Shown here piece by piece: positions 17,253 to 26,529 of a stretch of 59,088 nt of DNA. Both the position numbers and the translations under genes were made by a program. The stretch is from NCBI GenBank assembly GCA_050331615.1, contig JBHJGR010000073.1, positions 1 through 59,088 of the forward strand. The letters are read 5' to 3'. The notes under the pieces were generated by a model. It searched no databases. It was given only the letters and a program-made list of their open reading frames with translations, and was not told where the DNA came from. Source of the stretch: Elainellaceae cyanobacterium (lineage in GTDB: Bacteria; Cyanobacteriota; Cyanobacteriia; CAKZMO01). The number at the start of each line of letters is the position of its first letter. Within the stretch, counting starts at the first letter, position 1.

Positions 17253-19772
17253 ATGGTCACCACCGTTTCCAACACCATTCAAATCGAAGACGATCGCACT
17301 GGATTGAGCGTCGATACCCTGCGACGGGCAATGGCGGACAACCTGTTTTACGTACAGGGCAAGTATCCGGAAATCGCCAACAAGAACGACTTTTACATGG
17401 CCTTGGCCTACACGGTGCGCGATCGCCTCCTGCAAAAGTGGATTAATACCTCCCGCACCTACGTCAAGCAGGATGTGCGGGTAGTTTGCTACCTCTCTGC
17501 CGAGTTTCTGCTGGGGCCGCACCTGGTCAACAACCTCATCAACCTGGATATCTATGATCAAATCAATCAAGCCGTAGAAGAGTCGGGGTTAAACCTGCAG
17601 GAGCTGGTGGAGCAGGAGGAAGAGCCCGGTCTGGGCAATGGTGGTCTAGGCCGGCTAGCGGCCTGCTACATGGATTCCCTCTCCAGCCTGGAGATTCCTG
17701 CTATCGGCTACGGCATTCGCTACGAGTACGGCATCTTTGATCAGGAAATTCGCGATGGCTGGCAGGTAGAAATCACCGATAAGTGGCTGCAGTACGGCAA
17801 CCCTTGGGAGATTGCCCGTCCCGATGTGGCTTTTGAAGTCAAGTTTGGCGGCCATACCGAGCCCTACCTTGATCAGCAGGGGGCCTATCGGGTGCGGTGG
17901 GTGCCCCATGAGGTGGTCAAAGGCATCGCCTACGATACGCCCATCCTGGGATATAAGGTCAACACCGCCAATGTGCTGCGCCTGTGGAAGGCGGAAGCGC
18001 CAGAATCCTTCGATTTCCAGTCCTTCAACGTGGGAGATTACTACGGTGCGGTCAACCAAAAAATCGTGTCGGAAAACATCACCAAGGTGCTGTATCCCAA
18101 CGACGAGCCGATTCAAGGGAAGGAGCTGCGGCTAGAGCAGCAGTACTTCTTTGTCTCCTGTTCCCTGCAGGACCTGATTCGGGTGCATCTCCTAAATGGG
18201 CGGACGTTGGATAACTTCCATGAAAAGTTTGCCGTGCAGTTGAACGACACCCATCCGGCTATCGGCGTGGCAGAACTGATGCGCCTGCTGGTGGACGAGC
18301 ACCACATGGACTGGAACCGGGCCTGGCACATCACCCGTCATACTTTTGCCTTTACCAACCACACCCTGCTGCCTGAGGCTTTGGAAAAGTGGAGCCTAGA
18401 TCTGTTTGGTCGGCTGCTGCCCCGCCATTTGCAGATCATCTATGAAATCAACCGCCGCTTTATGGATGAGGTCCGCATCAAGTATCCCTACGACCCCGAT
18501 CGCCTCGCGCGCCTTTCCTTGATCGACGAGTCTGGCGATCGCTATGTGCGCATGGCCAACCTGGCCTGTGTGGGCAGTCATGCCATCAACGGGGTGGCAG
18601 CACTCCACAGCGAACTGCTGAAGGTGACCGTGCTGCGGGACTTTTATGAGCTATATCCAGAAAAGTTTTACAACGTCACCAACGGCGTCACGCCCCGCCG
18701 CTGGATGGTGCAGAGCAATCCTAGACTGGCGATCGCCATCGGTCATCGCATCGGCGGAAGCTGGATCAAACATCTGGACGATCTGCGCCAGCTAGAGCAG
18801 CACGTTGAGGACTGGAGCTTCCGGCAGGAGTGGCGGCAGATCAAGCTGGAGATCAAGCGGGATCTGGCTGCTTACATCCAGCAGCGCACCGGCATCACCG
18901 TCAATCCCGAATCTATGTTTGACGTGCAGGTGAAGCGGATTCACGAATACAAGCGGCAGCACCTGAATGCGCTGCACATTATCACCCTGTACAACCGCAT
19001 CAAGCACGACCCCAATACCGACATCACTCCCCGCACCTTCATCTTCGGCGGGAAGGCGGCTCCGGGCTACTTTATGGCCAAGCTGATGATCAAGCTCATT
19101 ACCTCCATTGGCGACGTGGTGAACAACGACCCAGATGTGCGCGATCGCCTCAAGGTAGTCTTCCTGCCTGACTACAACGTCACCTTTGGTCAGCGGGTCT
19201 ATCCAGCAGCAGAACTGTCGGAGCAAATCTCCACTGCCGGTAAGGAAGCTTCTGGGACGGGCAACATGAAGTTTTCTCTCAACGGGGCGCTGACCATCGG
19301 TACATTGGACGGAGCCAATGTGGAAATCCGCGAGGTAGTTGGTGAAGAGAACTTCTTCCTGTTCGGCATGACCACTGATGAAGTGGCGGCGCTGCGATCG
19401 CAGGGCTACAACCCCTGGGACTACTACAATGCCAATCCCCAACTGCGGCAGGTCATTGACCTGATTGCCTCAGGCCACTTCTCCCACGGCGATGCCAGCC
19501 TATTCCGTCCCCTCCTGGATGGGCTGCTCTACCACGATCCGTTCATGCTGCTGGCGGACTACCAGTCCTATATCGACTGCCAGGATCGGGTGAGCCAAGC
19601 CTACCGTGACCAGGATCACTGGACCCGCATGTCTATCCTCAACACGGCCCGTATGGGTAAGTTCTCCTCCGATCGCGCCATTCGCGAGTACTGCGAAAAC
19701 ATCTGGCACGTGCAGCCGGTTCCCGTCGAGATTGAGCCCTACGTCCAGACCCAGGCGGGTCTCAAGGTCTAA
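17253..19772 (+). CDS. glgP: glycogen phosphorylase
   Basis: 839 aa with EPGLGNGGLGRLAAC and the PLP-site motif EASGTGNMKFSLNGALTIGTLDGANVEI. Confidence 0.97.
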   Translation: MVTTVSNTIQIEDDRTGLSVDTLRRAMADNLFYVQGKYPEIANKNDFYMALAYTVRDRLLQKWINTSRTYVKQDVRVVCYLSAEFLLGPHLVNNLINLDIYDQINQAVEESGLNLQELVEQEEEPGLGNGGLGRLAACYMDSLSSLEIPAIGYGIRYEYGIFDQEIRDGWQVEITDKWLQYGNPWEIARPDVAFEVKFGGHTEPYLDQQGAYRVRWVPHEVVKGIAYDTPILGYKVNTANVLRLWKAEAPESFDFQSFNVGDYYGAVNQKIVSENITKVLYPNDEPIQGKELRLEQQYFFVSCSLQDLIRVHLLNGRTLDNFHEKFAVQLNDTHPAIGVAELMRLLVDEHHMDWNRAWHITRHTFAFTNHTLLPEALEKWSLDLFGRLLPRHLQIIYEINRRFMDEVRIKYPYDPDRLARLSLIDESGDRYVRMANLACVGSHAINGVAALHSELLKVTVLRDFYELYPEKFYNVTNGVTPRRWMVQSNPRLAIAIGHRIGGSWIKHLDDLRQLEQHVEDWSFRQEWRQIKLEIKRDLAAYIQQRTGITVNPESMFDVQVKRIHEYKRQHLNALHIITLYNRIKHDPNTDITPRTFIFGGKAAPGYFMAKLMIKLITSIGDVVNNDPDVRDRLKVVFLPDYNVTFGQRVYPAAELSEQISTAGKEASGTGNMKFSLNGALTIGTLDGANVEIREVVGEENFFLFGMTTDEVAALRSQGYNPWDYYNANPQLRQVIDLIASGHFSHGDASLFRPLLDGLLYHDPFMLLADYQSYIDCQDRVSQAYRDQDHWTRMSILNTARMGKFSSDRAIREYCENIWHVQPVPVEIEPYVQTQAGLKV

Positions 19773-19817
19773 TGGTAAGGGTGCGTCATCGTCCTGCGTG
19801 GCGCACCTAGTTGTGTA

Positions 19818-19904
19818 GCCCTACGGGCTCAGGTTTGAGTATGGAACCCCCGCGACGCGGGGGTTTTACACCTCTTGAGCGTCCTAAGCCAATGCGTAGC
19901 GCTA
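19818..19904 (-). repeat. REP-D dispersed element (copy 2, inverted relative to copy 1)
   Basis: GCCCTACGGGCTCAGGTTTGAGT...AACCCCCGCGACGCGGGGGTTTT...GCGTAGCGCTA. The GC hairpin plus T-run faces glgP. The tgt stop codon (TAG, 19902-19904) lies in the element's end. Confidence 0.85.
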
Positions 19905-20999
19905 CGTAAGCCAGTCTCCAAACTCCTCCACAAAGCGATCGCCCTGAATCGCGTCCCGAATCCGCTGGGTGAAGCGTACCAGTTCCGTAACGTTGTGGAT
20001 GGAGAGGAGGGTGGCAGCGAGCTGCTCGTGGGCGTGAATGAGGTGGCTGAGGTAGGCCCGGCTAAAGCTTTGGCAGGTGTAGCAGGGGCAAGCTTCATCT
20101 AGGGGAGAAAAGTCTGCGCGAAAGCGGGCGTTTTTCAGGTTCCAGCGATCGCCCCGAATCAGGGCACTCCCATGACGGGCCAGCCGCGTTGGGATGACAC
20201 AGTCGAACAGGTCGATACCCGCAGCGATCGCCTGGGCCATTTCGCGGTGGGTCCCCACCCCCATTAAGTAGCGGGGCCGGTCGGCGGGCAGGTGGGGGGT
20301 GGTCACGCGGACGATTTTCTCAATCAGTTCGGCAGGTTCCCCAACGCTCACGCCACCGATGGCATATCCCGGCAGGTCAAGCTGAGCCAACGTAGACGCC
20401 GCCTGTTGCCGCAGGTCGGCATAGACGCCGCCTTGAACAATACCAAACAGGGCCTGGTCGGCAGACTGGTGGGTTGTCACACACCGCTCCAGCCAACGAT
20501 AGGTGCGCTCTGTAGCTTCGATCACGGTTTCCCGGCTAGCGGGGTAGGGGGGGCATTCGTCAAACGCCATGATCACGTCGGCTCCCAGGGCGTTCTGAAT
20601 CTGCATCGATTTCTCTGGGGTGAGATGGACGATTTGACCATCACGGGGCGATCGAAAGGTAACGCCTTCTTCCGAAATTGACCGAATTTCGCTGAGGCTA
20701 AAGACCTGGAAGCCTCCTGAATCCGTCAGGATGGGACCAGACCAGTTCATAAATTGGTGCAGCCCGCCCGCTTGAGCAACAATCTCCTCCCCCGGCTGGA
20801 GGTGGAGGTGGTAGGTGTTGGCCAAAATCATCTGGGCTCCAGCGGCCTCAAGCTGAAGCGGCGTGAGGGTTTTCACGTTTGCCAAAGTCCCCACCGGCAT
20901 AAAGCGTGGGGTCTCGACGCTGCCATGGGGGGTTTCAAATACCCCGACCCGTGCTTGCGTGTGGCGGCAACGGCTTAAACACTGAAACGAAAATCCCAC
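19902..20999 (-). CDS. tgt: tRNA-guanine transglycosylase (queuine tRNA-ribosyltransferase)
   Basis: [67 protein letters not shown] start. Confidence 0.95.
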   Translation of the reverse strand: MGFSFQCLSRCRHTQARVGVFETPHGSVETPRFMPVGTLANVKTLTPLQLEAAGAQMILANTYHLHLQPGEEIVAQAGGLHQFMNWSGPILTDSGGFQVFSLSEIRSISEEGVTFRSPRDGQIVHLTPEKSMQIQNALGADVIMAFDECPPYPASRETVIEATERTYRWLERCVTTHQSADQALFGIVQGGVYADLRQQAASTLAQLDLPGYAIGGVSVGEPAELIEKIVRVTTPHLPADRPRYLMGVGTHREMAQAIAAGIDLFDCVIPTRLARHGSALIRGDRWNLKNARFRADFSPLDEACPCYTCQSFSRAYLSHLIHAHEQLAATLLSIHNVTELVRFTQRIRDAIQGDRFVEEFGDWLT

Positions 21000-21013
21000 C
21001 TGGTTCCCAATCC

Positions 21014-21487
21014 CTAGAACGAAAACCCGTCGTCGTCGTCCATTTTTACGTCCAGGTTAGCAGACAAGACCTCGGCCACCACCGCCTCCAGGGCAGCGAC
21101 GTTGAGGGACCGATCGCTCCGTTCCTTCAGCGGGTTTGAGAGAGGAATGAGGCGCAGTTGGCGACTATCCTGCATCAGGTCGAAACAGGCTTCCCGTTCG
21201 GGCGATCGCGACAGCTCTAAATAGTCAAAGCTGTGGACATTGAGGTAAAGGGTTTGGTTGGTGACCAGGGTGGCCTGCTGAGGGTCGGCAAACACTTCTA
21301 CCACGTAGCCCTCGCCGTCAGCCAGTAAGGTCTGATCCTGGGTGTAGGCATAGCGGACGGCTCCCAAATCGGCGAGCAGCCGCTGCATGTCCTGCTTATT
21401 GACAACGATGCCGGTATCGACAATGCACGGTGCGGGGAGCCCCCAGTTACCGGGGCTACCGGTTCCAAATCCGTAGTCATGGTTCAT
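21014..21487 (-). CDS. conserved-looking hypothetical protein (157 aa, acidic C-terminus DDDDGFSF)
   Basis: A clean ORF 14 nt upstream of tgt on the same strand. I recognise no motif. Confidence 0.6.
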   Translation of the reverse strand: MNHDYGFGTGSPGNWGLPAPCIVDTGIVVNKQDMQRLLADLGAVRYAYTQDQTLLADGEGYVVEVFADPQQATLVTNQTLYLNVHSFDYLELSRSPEREACFDLMQDSRQLRLIPLSNPLKERSDRSLNVAALEAVVAEVLSANLDVKMDDDDGFSF

Positions 21488-21686
21488 AGTTCAGTCGATC
21501 CGATCAACACACCAGATAAAGTTGGCATCAGCCTCAAGACACCCCTACCAATGTCACCACCTACCCCAAAACTTCAGCTTTTTTCCTAATCGGTGGTTTT
21601 TGCATGCGTTCATGCTATCGCATAATTGAGTAGTGGCTCTTAATCAAATTTACGGAAGTTGAGCTTTGGGCTTCTACATCTAAGCA

Positions 21687-21776
21687 GTTAAATAAAACTG
21701 TTTTCTTAGGGGTGTGTGCCCTTGGCGGAGGCGCACACTTCGTAAGTTGTGATTAATTGTGCTTTAGCACTGAAGT
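21687..21776 (-). repeat. REP-C dispersed element (A arm - GC hairpin - B arm)
   Basis: GTTAAATAAAACTGTTTTCTT / GGGGTGTGTGCCCTTGGCGGAGGCGCACAC / ...TTAATTGTGCTTTAGCACTGAAGT. It accounts for the false 24-codon N-terminal extension of the cobS ORF. Confidence 0.8.
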
Positions 21777-21820
21777 CTGGTTTCAGCAGTAGCGCCCTGT
21801 TCTCCTTTCTCACCCCACCT

Positions 21821-22609
21821 ATGCCCTCGTCAGGAGCAATACGCAAGATTGTGTCGGCAGCACTGACAAAACTAGCGGCGGCACTTGCCTTCTACACCAG
21901 CCTCCCCATTCCCACCACCTGGACGCTGGACTTCCGCAGCGTCGCTCAGTTCGCGCCGCTGGTGGGTCTGCTGCTGGCAGGTCTGCTAGGGGGATTGGAC
22001 TGGGGATTGGCCGGTCTAGGGCTGCCCTCCCTGACTCGGAGTGCCTTGGTCGTGGTCACCTGGATAGCCCTGACGGGCGGGCTGCACCTCGATGGCGTCA
22101 TGGATACGGCGGATGGGCTGGCCGTTCCCGATGAGCAGCGGCGGCTGGAGGTGATGACCGATAGCCATACCGGGGCGTTTGGTGTGATGGCGGCGATCGC
22201 GCTCCTGCTCCTAAAGCTGACTGCCCTCAGCGACCTCAGTCAGCCCTGCTGGTTCGCCCTGATGCTGGCAGCGGGCTGGGGGCGGTGGGGTCAGCAGGTG
22301 GCCATTGTGCAATACCCATACCTCAAGCCCACCGGAAAAGGCGCATTTCACAAGGCCGCCCTGCCGTCCCGCTGGCTGCTGCTGCCTGGAATGGCGCTGA
22401 TGCTTGCCGTCACCGGCCTGGGAGTTATCAGCGGTCAGGTGTCATGGCTTACGGGGGCCGCCCTGCTGGCTGGCGGTATGGCGATCGCAGCGGTCACTGC
22501 CGCTTGGTTTGCGCATCGGCTCGGTGGGCACACGGGAGATACCTACGGGGCGGTGGTGGAGTGGACGGAGGCAGGCATGCTGGTTGCATTTCTCTTGCTG
22601 GGAAAATAG
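21821..22609 (+). CDS. cobS: adenosylcobinamide-GDP ribazoletransferase (cobalamin synthase)
   Basis: A polytopic membrane protein with FYTSLPIP, GGLHLDGVMDTADGL and GHTGDTYGAVVE. I prefer ATG 21821 inside ORF 21749..22609. Confidence 0.88.
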   Translation: MPSSGAIRKIVSAALTKLAAALAFYTSLPIPTTWTLDFRSVAQFAPLVGLLLAGLLGGLDWGLAGLGLPSLTRSALVVVTWIALTGGLHLDGVMDTADGLAVPDEQRRLEVMTDSHTGAFGVMAAIALLLLKLTALSDLSQPCWFALMLAAGWGRWGQQVAIVQYPYLKPTGKGAFHKAALPSRWLLLPGMALMLAVTGLGVISGQVSWLTGAALLAGGMAIAAVTAAWFAHRLGGHTGDTYGAVVEWTEAGMLVAFLLLGK

Positions 22610-23061
22610 GCAGGCCGGGGCATAATCGCCTGCCAGTTAGATGAAAGACGGGCGAGCGAAGTAGGCTTACCATGCTATTCCAGGTCCGAACTATCTAAAG
22701 CTCTTGTGCCGACTGAGTTGACAGGGTTTCTAAGGAAGACAATAATAAAGAATTTAGACATAGGTGTTATTATCTGTTCATCCCGAGGCAGTATAGAAGC
22801 ACAGACTTGAGGAATCTACGGTGAGTAAAACTACTAGCCGAGCTTCCTCATCTATCAAACGAGTTTAGAAGAATTGCAATGAATCTCGTTCATTCAATCC
22901 CATAATTGACGAGCTGTTATGACGGTCGCCTCATGGCTCCAAATCATCAGTTGGGGCTACGGGGAGAGTCGCATTCAGTAGCATCCTGTTGATTCAGGCG
23001 CTGAGGGCGCAGGTGTACATAATCCTAATCGTAAATTCAGACCTGGTGAGTAATAGAGAGC

Positions 23062-23715
23062 ATGAAGGAAACAAATTCAAGCGACAATAAGCGGCTTCTA
23101 TTGATTGACGACGATCCCAATCTCATTTTGCTCGTCAAAGACTATTTAGAATTCCGCGGTTACGAGGTAATGACCGCGGAGAATGGTCGCGAAGCTCTGG
23201 AAATGCTAGAGCAGGATACGCCTGACATGATCATCTGTGATGTCATGATGCCCGAAATGGACGGCTACTCTCTAGTAGAACATGTCCGCAAAGATACGCG
23301 GATGAGCTGGATTCCTGTGCTGTTTCTTTCGGCCAAGGGTCAAAGTCAGGACCGGGTCAAGGGACTAAGCACTGGGGCTGATGTCTATATGGTGAAGCCG
23401 TTTGAACCAGAAGAGCTGGTAGCTCAGGTAGAGTCATCCCTAAAGCAAGCGTCCCGCCTGATGGTGCATCAGCCCAGTAAGACGGGTCCAGAGCAAGGCC
23501 ATAAGATCCAGGTGCCGTTTGATGTGGAACTCACGCCAACCGAGCTGAAGGTGGTTCAGTTTGTCGCTCGCGGTATGGCAAATCGGGAAATTGCGGAAGA
23601 ACTGAAGGTCAGCCAGCGCACGATTGAAAGCCATGTCAGCAACATGCTTGGTAAGACGGGGCTGCACAACCGCACTGAGCTGGCTCGCTGGGCGATTGAG
23701 AACCAGATGGCCTAA
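23062..23715 (+). CDS. two-component response regulator, NarL/LuxR family (Ycf29/Rre1-like)
   Basis: A receiver domain (LLLIDDDPN..., DMIICDVMMPEMDG, KPF) plus a LuxR HTH (LTPTELKVVQFVARGMANREIAEELKVSQRTIESHVSNMLGKTG). Confidence 0.9.
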   Translation: MKETNSSDNKRLLLIDDDPNLILLVKDYLEFRGYEVMTAENGREALEMLEQDTPDMIICDVMMPEMDGYSLVEHVRKDTRMSWIPVLFLSAKGQSQDRVKGLSTGADVYMVKPFEPEELVAQVESSLKQASRLMVHQPSKTGPEQGHKIQVPFDVELTPTELKVVQFVARGMANREIAEELKVSQRTIESHVSNMLGKTGLHNRTELARWAIENQMA

Positions 23716-23757
23716 GGAGATCTTCGGAAATGATATTGCCCGATGACGTAGGGGCAA

Positions 23758-23785
23758 ATGGCCGTTTGCCCCTACCAACCGTCTA
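23758..23785. repeat. REP-A palindromic repeat, GTAGGGGCAAATGGCCGTTTGCCCCTAC
   Basis: Read directly. It begins 43 nt after the response regulator stop. Confidence 0.85.
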
Positions 23786-23794
23786 AGTAGAACT

Positions 23795-23897
23795 GCGTTG
23801 AAAAACGAAGGTTGGAAAACCGGGGGAGCGCCCCGGTGGGGCGCTCCCCCAGTTTTCTAACATGAATTTAATTGTGCCGACCTACTTAACCGGGGTT
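23795..23897 (-). mobile_element. MITE-B (AAGTAG...CTACTT termini, central GC hairpin duplicated)
   Basis: AAGTAGAACTGCGTTGAAAAACGAAGGTTGGAAAACCGGGGGAGCGCCCCGGTGGGGCGCTCCCCCAGTTTTCTAACATGAATTTAATTGTGCCGACCTACTT. Related copies lie at 28705-28791 and 36582-36667. Confidence 0.8.
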
Positions 23898-23978
23898 GAT
23901 TCTTTTCCCAAAATGCACTTTTCTCCCATTGATTGGTGTAGCAACATCCCCCCTCGGATCTGCTATGCTGACACTAAT

Positions 23979-24051
23979 GCTGGTGTAGCTCAGTTGGTAG
24001 AGCAGCTGATTTGTAATCAGCCGGTCGCAAGTTCGAATCTTGTCACCAGCT
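23979..24051 (+). tRNA. tRNA-Thr (anticodon UGU)
   Basis: A manual cloverleaf fold works: acceptor GCTGGTG/CACCAGC, D arm GCTC..GAGC, anticodon stem GCTGA/TCAGC with loop TTTGTAA, T arm GCAAG-TTCGAAT-CTTGT. No CCA is encoded. Confidence 0.92.
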
Positions 24052-24062
24052 TTTGGTTTTGG

Positions 24063-24162
24063 CCCTTGAGCACTTTGTGGGCAACTGATTTAGGTGCTTG
24101 AGCAGTCTTAACTGCATTTTCTTGGGAGTGCGCCCCCAAGAAAGTAATTTTGTTTACCTACT
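24063..24162 (+). repeat. REP-C element (partial hairpin)
   Basis: TTGAGCAC...GGTGCTTGAGCAG...GGGAGTGCGCCCCCAAGAAAGTAATTTTGTTTACCTACT. It accounts for most of the false N-terminal part of ORF 24098..25006. Confidence 0.7.
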
Positions 24163-24367
24163 GACGTGCTCTCTACTTCGAGATGGGGTGGAAGCGCTAA
24201 ACCGTTGTTCCTCGATATTTTTCCACGGTACTGTAGACGCAGACTTGGGCGATGGAAGTTTCGGTCGGGCAGCTCTTCACGAATGGGCTCCCCGATCAGT
24301 GAGCAAACGACTGTCGATCAAGCTTGTAATCTATTGCGTATCCGTCAACCTTGAGCTTAGGCAAACT

Positions 24368-25006
24368 ATGAGTCTTAAACTGTACCTGCTCCGACATGGC
24401 GAAACGACCCACAGCCGCACCGGCGGCTACTGTGGGGCACTTGATCCAGAGCTGACGCCTAATGGTCTGCAAATGGCTCAAGCCTTCGCAGAAGCCTATC
24501 GAACGCTGCCCTGGGCAGGGATTTACGCGAGCCCCATGAAGCGGGCGATCGCCACAGCAAAGCCCCTCTGTGAGGCTACCAACCTGGAGATGCAAATTCG
24601 GGAAGGGCTGCGGGAAATCCACTTCGGCGAATGGGAGGGCAAGTCAATCGACGAAGTCAAGCAGCAATATGAGGATGATTATGTGCGCTGGCTCACGGAA
24701 CCGGCCTGGAATCCGCCTACAGGTGGGGAAACGGCAGTCGAACTGGCGAGCCGGGCATCCCTGGTCATCGCGGAAATTGAGGAGAGACACCGGGACGGTA
24801 ACGTGCTGGTCGTGTCCCACAAGGCCACCATTCGCATCATTCTGTGTAGCTTACTGGGGATTGATTTGGGGCGATATCGCGATCGCATCACGACTTTGGT
24901 AGCTTCCGTCAGCCTTGTGAAGTTTGGCGTCCACGGTCCATTGCTGGAAACTTTGGGCGATCGCTACCATCTGCCTCCCCACCTCCGCGAGCTGCCCGGA
25001 ACCTGA
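24368..25006 (+). CDS. histidine phosphatase family protein (phosphoglycerate mutase-like)
   Basis: MSLKLYLLRHGETTHS (RHG motif), ...ASPMKRA..., VVSHKATIRIIL. I prefer ATG 24368. Confidence 0.85.
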   Translation: MSLKLYLLRHGETTHSRTGGYCGALDPELTPNGLQMAQAFAEAYRTLPWAGIYASPMKRAIATAKPLCEATNLEMQIREGLREIHFGEWEGKSIDEVKQQYEDDYVRWLTEPAWNPPTGGETAVELASRASLVIAEIEERHRDGNVLVVSHKATIRIILCSLLGIDLGRYRDRITTLVASVSLVKFGVHGPLLETLGDRYHLPPHLRELPGT

Positions 25007-25108
25007 ATTAAAACTGCGGGCAATAACGGGGATGATAGTTATCAGTATCCTTCGATCTCTAACCGGCAAATTGAGCCAAACATATCTCAAATAGAACAAG
25101 CTTACTAA

Positions 25109-25145
25109 CCAAAAAGGACCCGGGTTGCTTGCATCAACCTGGGTC
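25109..25145. terminator. GC-rich hairpin with an A-run on one side; reads as an intrinsic terminator mainly for the minus strand
   Basis: CCAAAAAG-GACCCGGGTTG-cttgcat-CAACCTGGGTC-TTCTC. The stem is 11 bp with one G-U pair. On the minus strand it is followed by CTTTTTGG. Confidence 0.4.
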
Positions 25146-25499
25146 TTCTCGCTAGAAAATAGGCTGTTCTGGGGAATCATGATCGATATGCTACGTCCAG
25201 GGTCTATGCAATTTGCCTAATATCTCTGCTGTTCAAGAAGCAATTTCCAACTATTTGGTAGCCATTGCGTCAATGGCCTGTGTAAAAAATCTGTCAATCT
25301 AAGAAAGTTATCTATAAAATAGAACAAGGAAGACGGAGCGCACTGCAGTTTTCGTTTTCATATCAGGTATGATGATACGAATTCTTGCGGAACTTTCTCG
25401 TTAGGTATCAAAGTCGTATTGTTCTCTGTAGCTAGACTCAACCAGACTTTGAACCAGCCAAATTCAACATTACTCAATACCACTACCGAGGTTTTCCCT

Positions 25500-26240
25500 A
25501 TGCCCACATCTCAAAACTCGACACCCGATGTCATGATGTCCAAGCTGCTCGAAGTCGATGCTCAGCTTGCTTCTCAGGAAGCTAAAGTCGAGGCCCAGCT
25601 AGCATCAGTTCGCGAAAAGCGTCAAAGCTTGCAGACCGTCATCGACATATTTGCTGCTGGTGATGAAGCATCCGCATCGACGCTGTCTGCCATGTCGCTG
25701 TTTAAAGACGAGCCGTCAGTGCCAACCAACGGTGCGACCACTCCAGCCCCTGCAAAACCTAGCCCTCTAGAAGAAGAGGAGCCCGTCGCCGTAACAGAAC
25801 CCGACGAAACAGAGTTCGCCGAAAGCGACGAAGAGGAAGAGAGCCCTCCTCCAACTAAGACCACCCGAAAGCCTCGGGGACGGGGTGGCAGAGCCGCGAG
25901 GGCTGCCAAATCTACGCGATCGCCAAAAGCAGCCTCCTCCAAGGGGAGAGGTAAAGGCGGTGGCGCAAGCTGGCAAAACTACGTGCGGAAAGAATATGAA
26001 AACACAACCTTGCCCCAGGCCGTACTGGCGGTGCTGGAGAAGGAACCCAATGACGTAGTCGAAGTGCCCAGCATTCTGGATGCGATCTTTGTCGATGACA
26101 TTCCCAAGCAGGCCCGCACCAGTGCTCGCGATCGCCTCTCTAATATCCTCTCGGTTGGGCTGAAGAACAACAAATGGTATCGTGGCAAGACAGGCCACTA
26201 CAGCGTTTCCAAAGAGGCTGCCCTGGCCAGCCTGGTATAG
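25500..26240 (+). CDS. hypothetical protein: coiled-coil N-terminus, acidic then RG/K-rich disordered region, C-terminal HARE-HTH-like domain
   Basis: ORF 25419..26240 with ATG 25500 (MPTSQNS) preferred. It contains EEEEPVAVTEPDETEFAESDEEEE followed by RKPRGRGGRAARAAKSTRSPKAASSKGRGKGGG. The C-terminus reads LPQAVLAVLEKEP..VEVPSILDAIF...WYRGKTGHYSVSKE. Confidence 0.6.
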   Translation: MPTSQNSTPDVMMSKLLEVDAQLASQEAKVEAQLASVREKRQSLQTVIDIFAAGDEASASTLSAMSLFKDEPSVPTNGATTPAPAKPSPLEEEEPVAVTEPDETEFAESDEEEESPPPTKTTRKPRGRGGRAARAAKSTRSPKAASSKGRGKGGGASWQNYVRKEYENTTLPQAVLAVLEKEPNDVVEVPSILDAIFVDDIPKQARTSARDRLSNILSVGLKNNKWYRGKTGHYSVSKEAALASLV

Positions 26241-26288
26241 AGAGTTTCATGGCCATGCTGGTTGCCGCTCCGGTTAAAGGAGGATGGT

Positions 26289-26465
26289 ATGGCCTGGAAC
26301 TCCCCTAGCTGGCCTGCTTGGCTGACCGGAGCGATCGCTTTGCTGCTCCCGTTTTCATGTGTCAGCATTCAGTGGTTAGAAAGCCTTGTAGCCCCCCACC
26401 GCAAAGCCCGATTCAAGCTGCTACAGTATTTGGATAGGCGCGATCGCGCAGATTCGTCAGATTAG
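26289..26465 (+). CDS. possible small membrane protein (58 aa)
   Basis: A strong SD (AAGGAGGA, 26277-26284) lies 4 nt before ATG 26289. Translation is MAWNSPSWPAWLTGAIALLLPFSCVSIQWL..., with one TM segment. Confidence 0.4.
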   Translation: MAWNSPSWPAWLTGAIALLLPFSCVSIQWLESLVAPHRKARFKLLQYLDRRDRADSSD

Positions 26466-26529
26466 CTGCGATCGCAGGGTTTACAAGAGTTAGCGTCAAC
26501 GGCTGAATACCAGCAGCCACAGGGTTGTC

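Noticed and set aside
21488-21820. I looked for a cobalamin riboswitch upstream of cobS.
   Set aside because: No B12-box-like sequence is present. The spacer is largely occupied by a REP-C element.
22610-23061. The 450-bp AT-rich spacer upstream of the response regulator was scanned for small genes or ncRNA.
   Set aside because: It contains only a 20-codon ORF and a 6-bp-stem hairpin. Nothing is supportable without expression data.
23862-24101. A 79-aa ORF spanning the tRNA-Thr gene.
   Set aside because: It overlaps a well-folding tRNA and MITE sequence, and has no coding signal.
24851-25180. A 109-aa minus-strand ORF overlapping the 3' end of the phosphatase gene.
   Set aside because: It runs through a strong hairpin, overlaps a supported gene, and has odd composition.
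26466-26529. I looked for a preQ1 riboswitch upstream of yhhQ.
   Set aside because: No preQ1-I-like stem followed by an A-rich tail, or other conserved core, is recognisable in the 64-nt leader.
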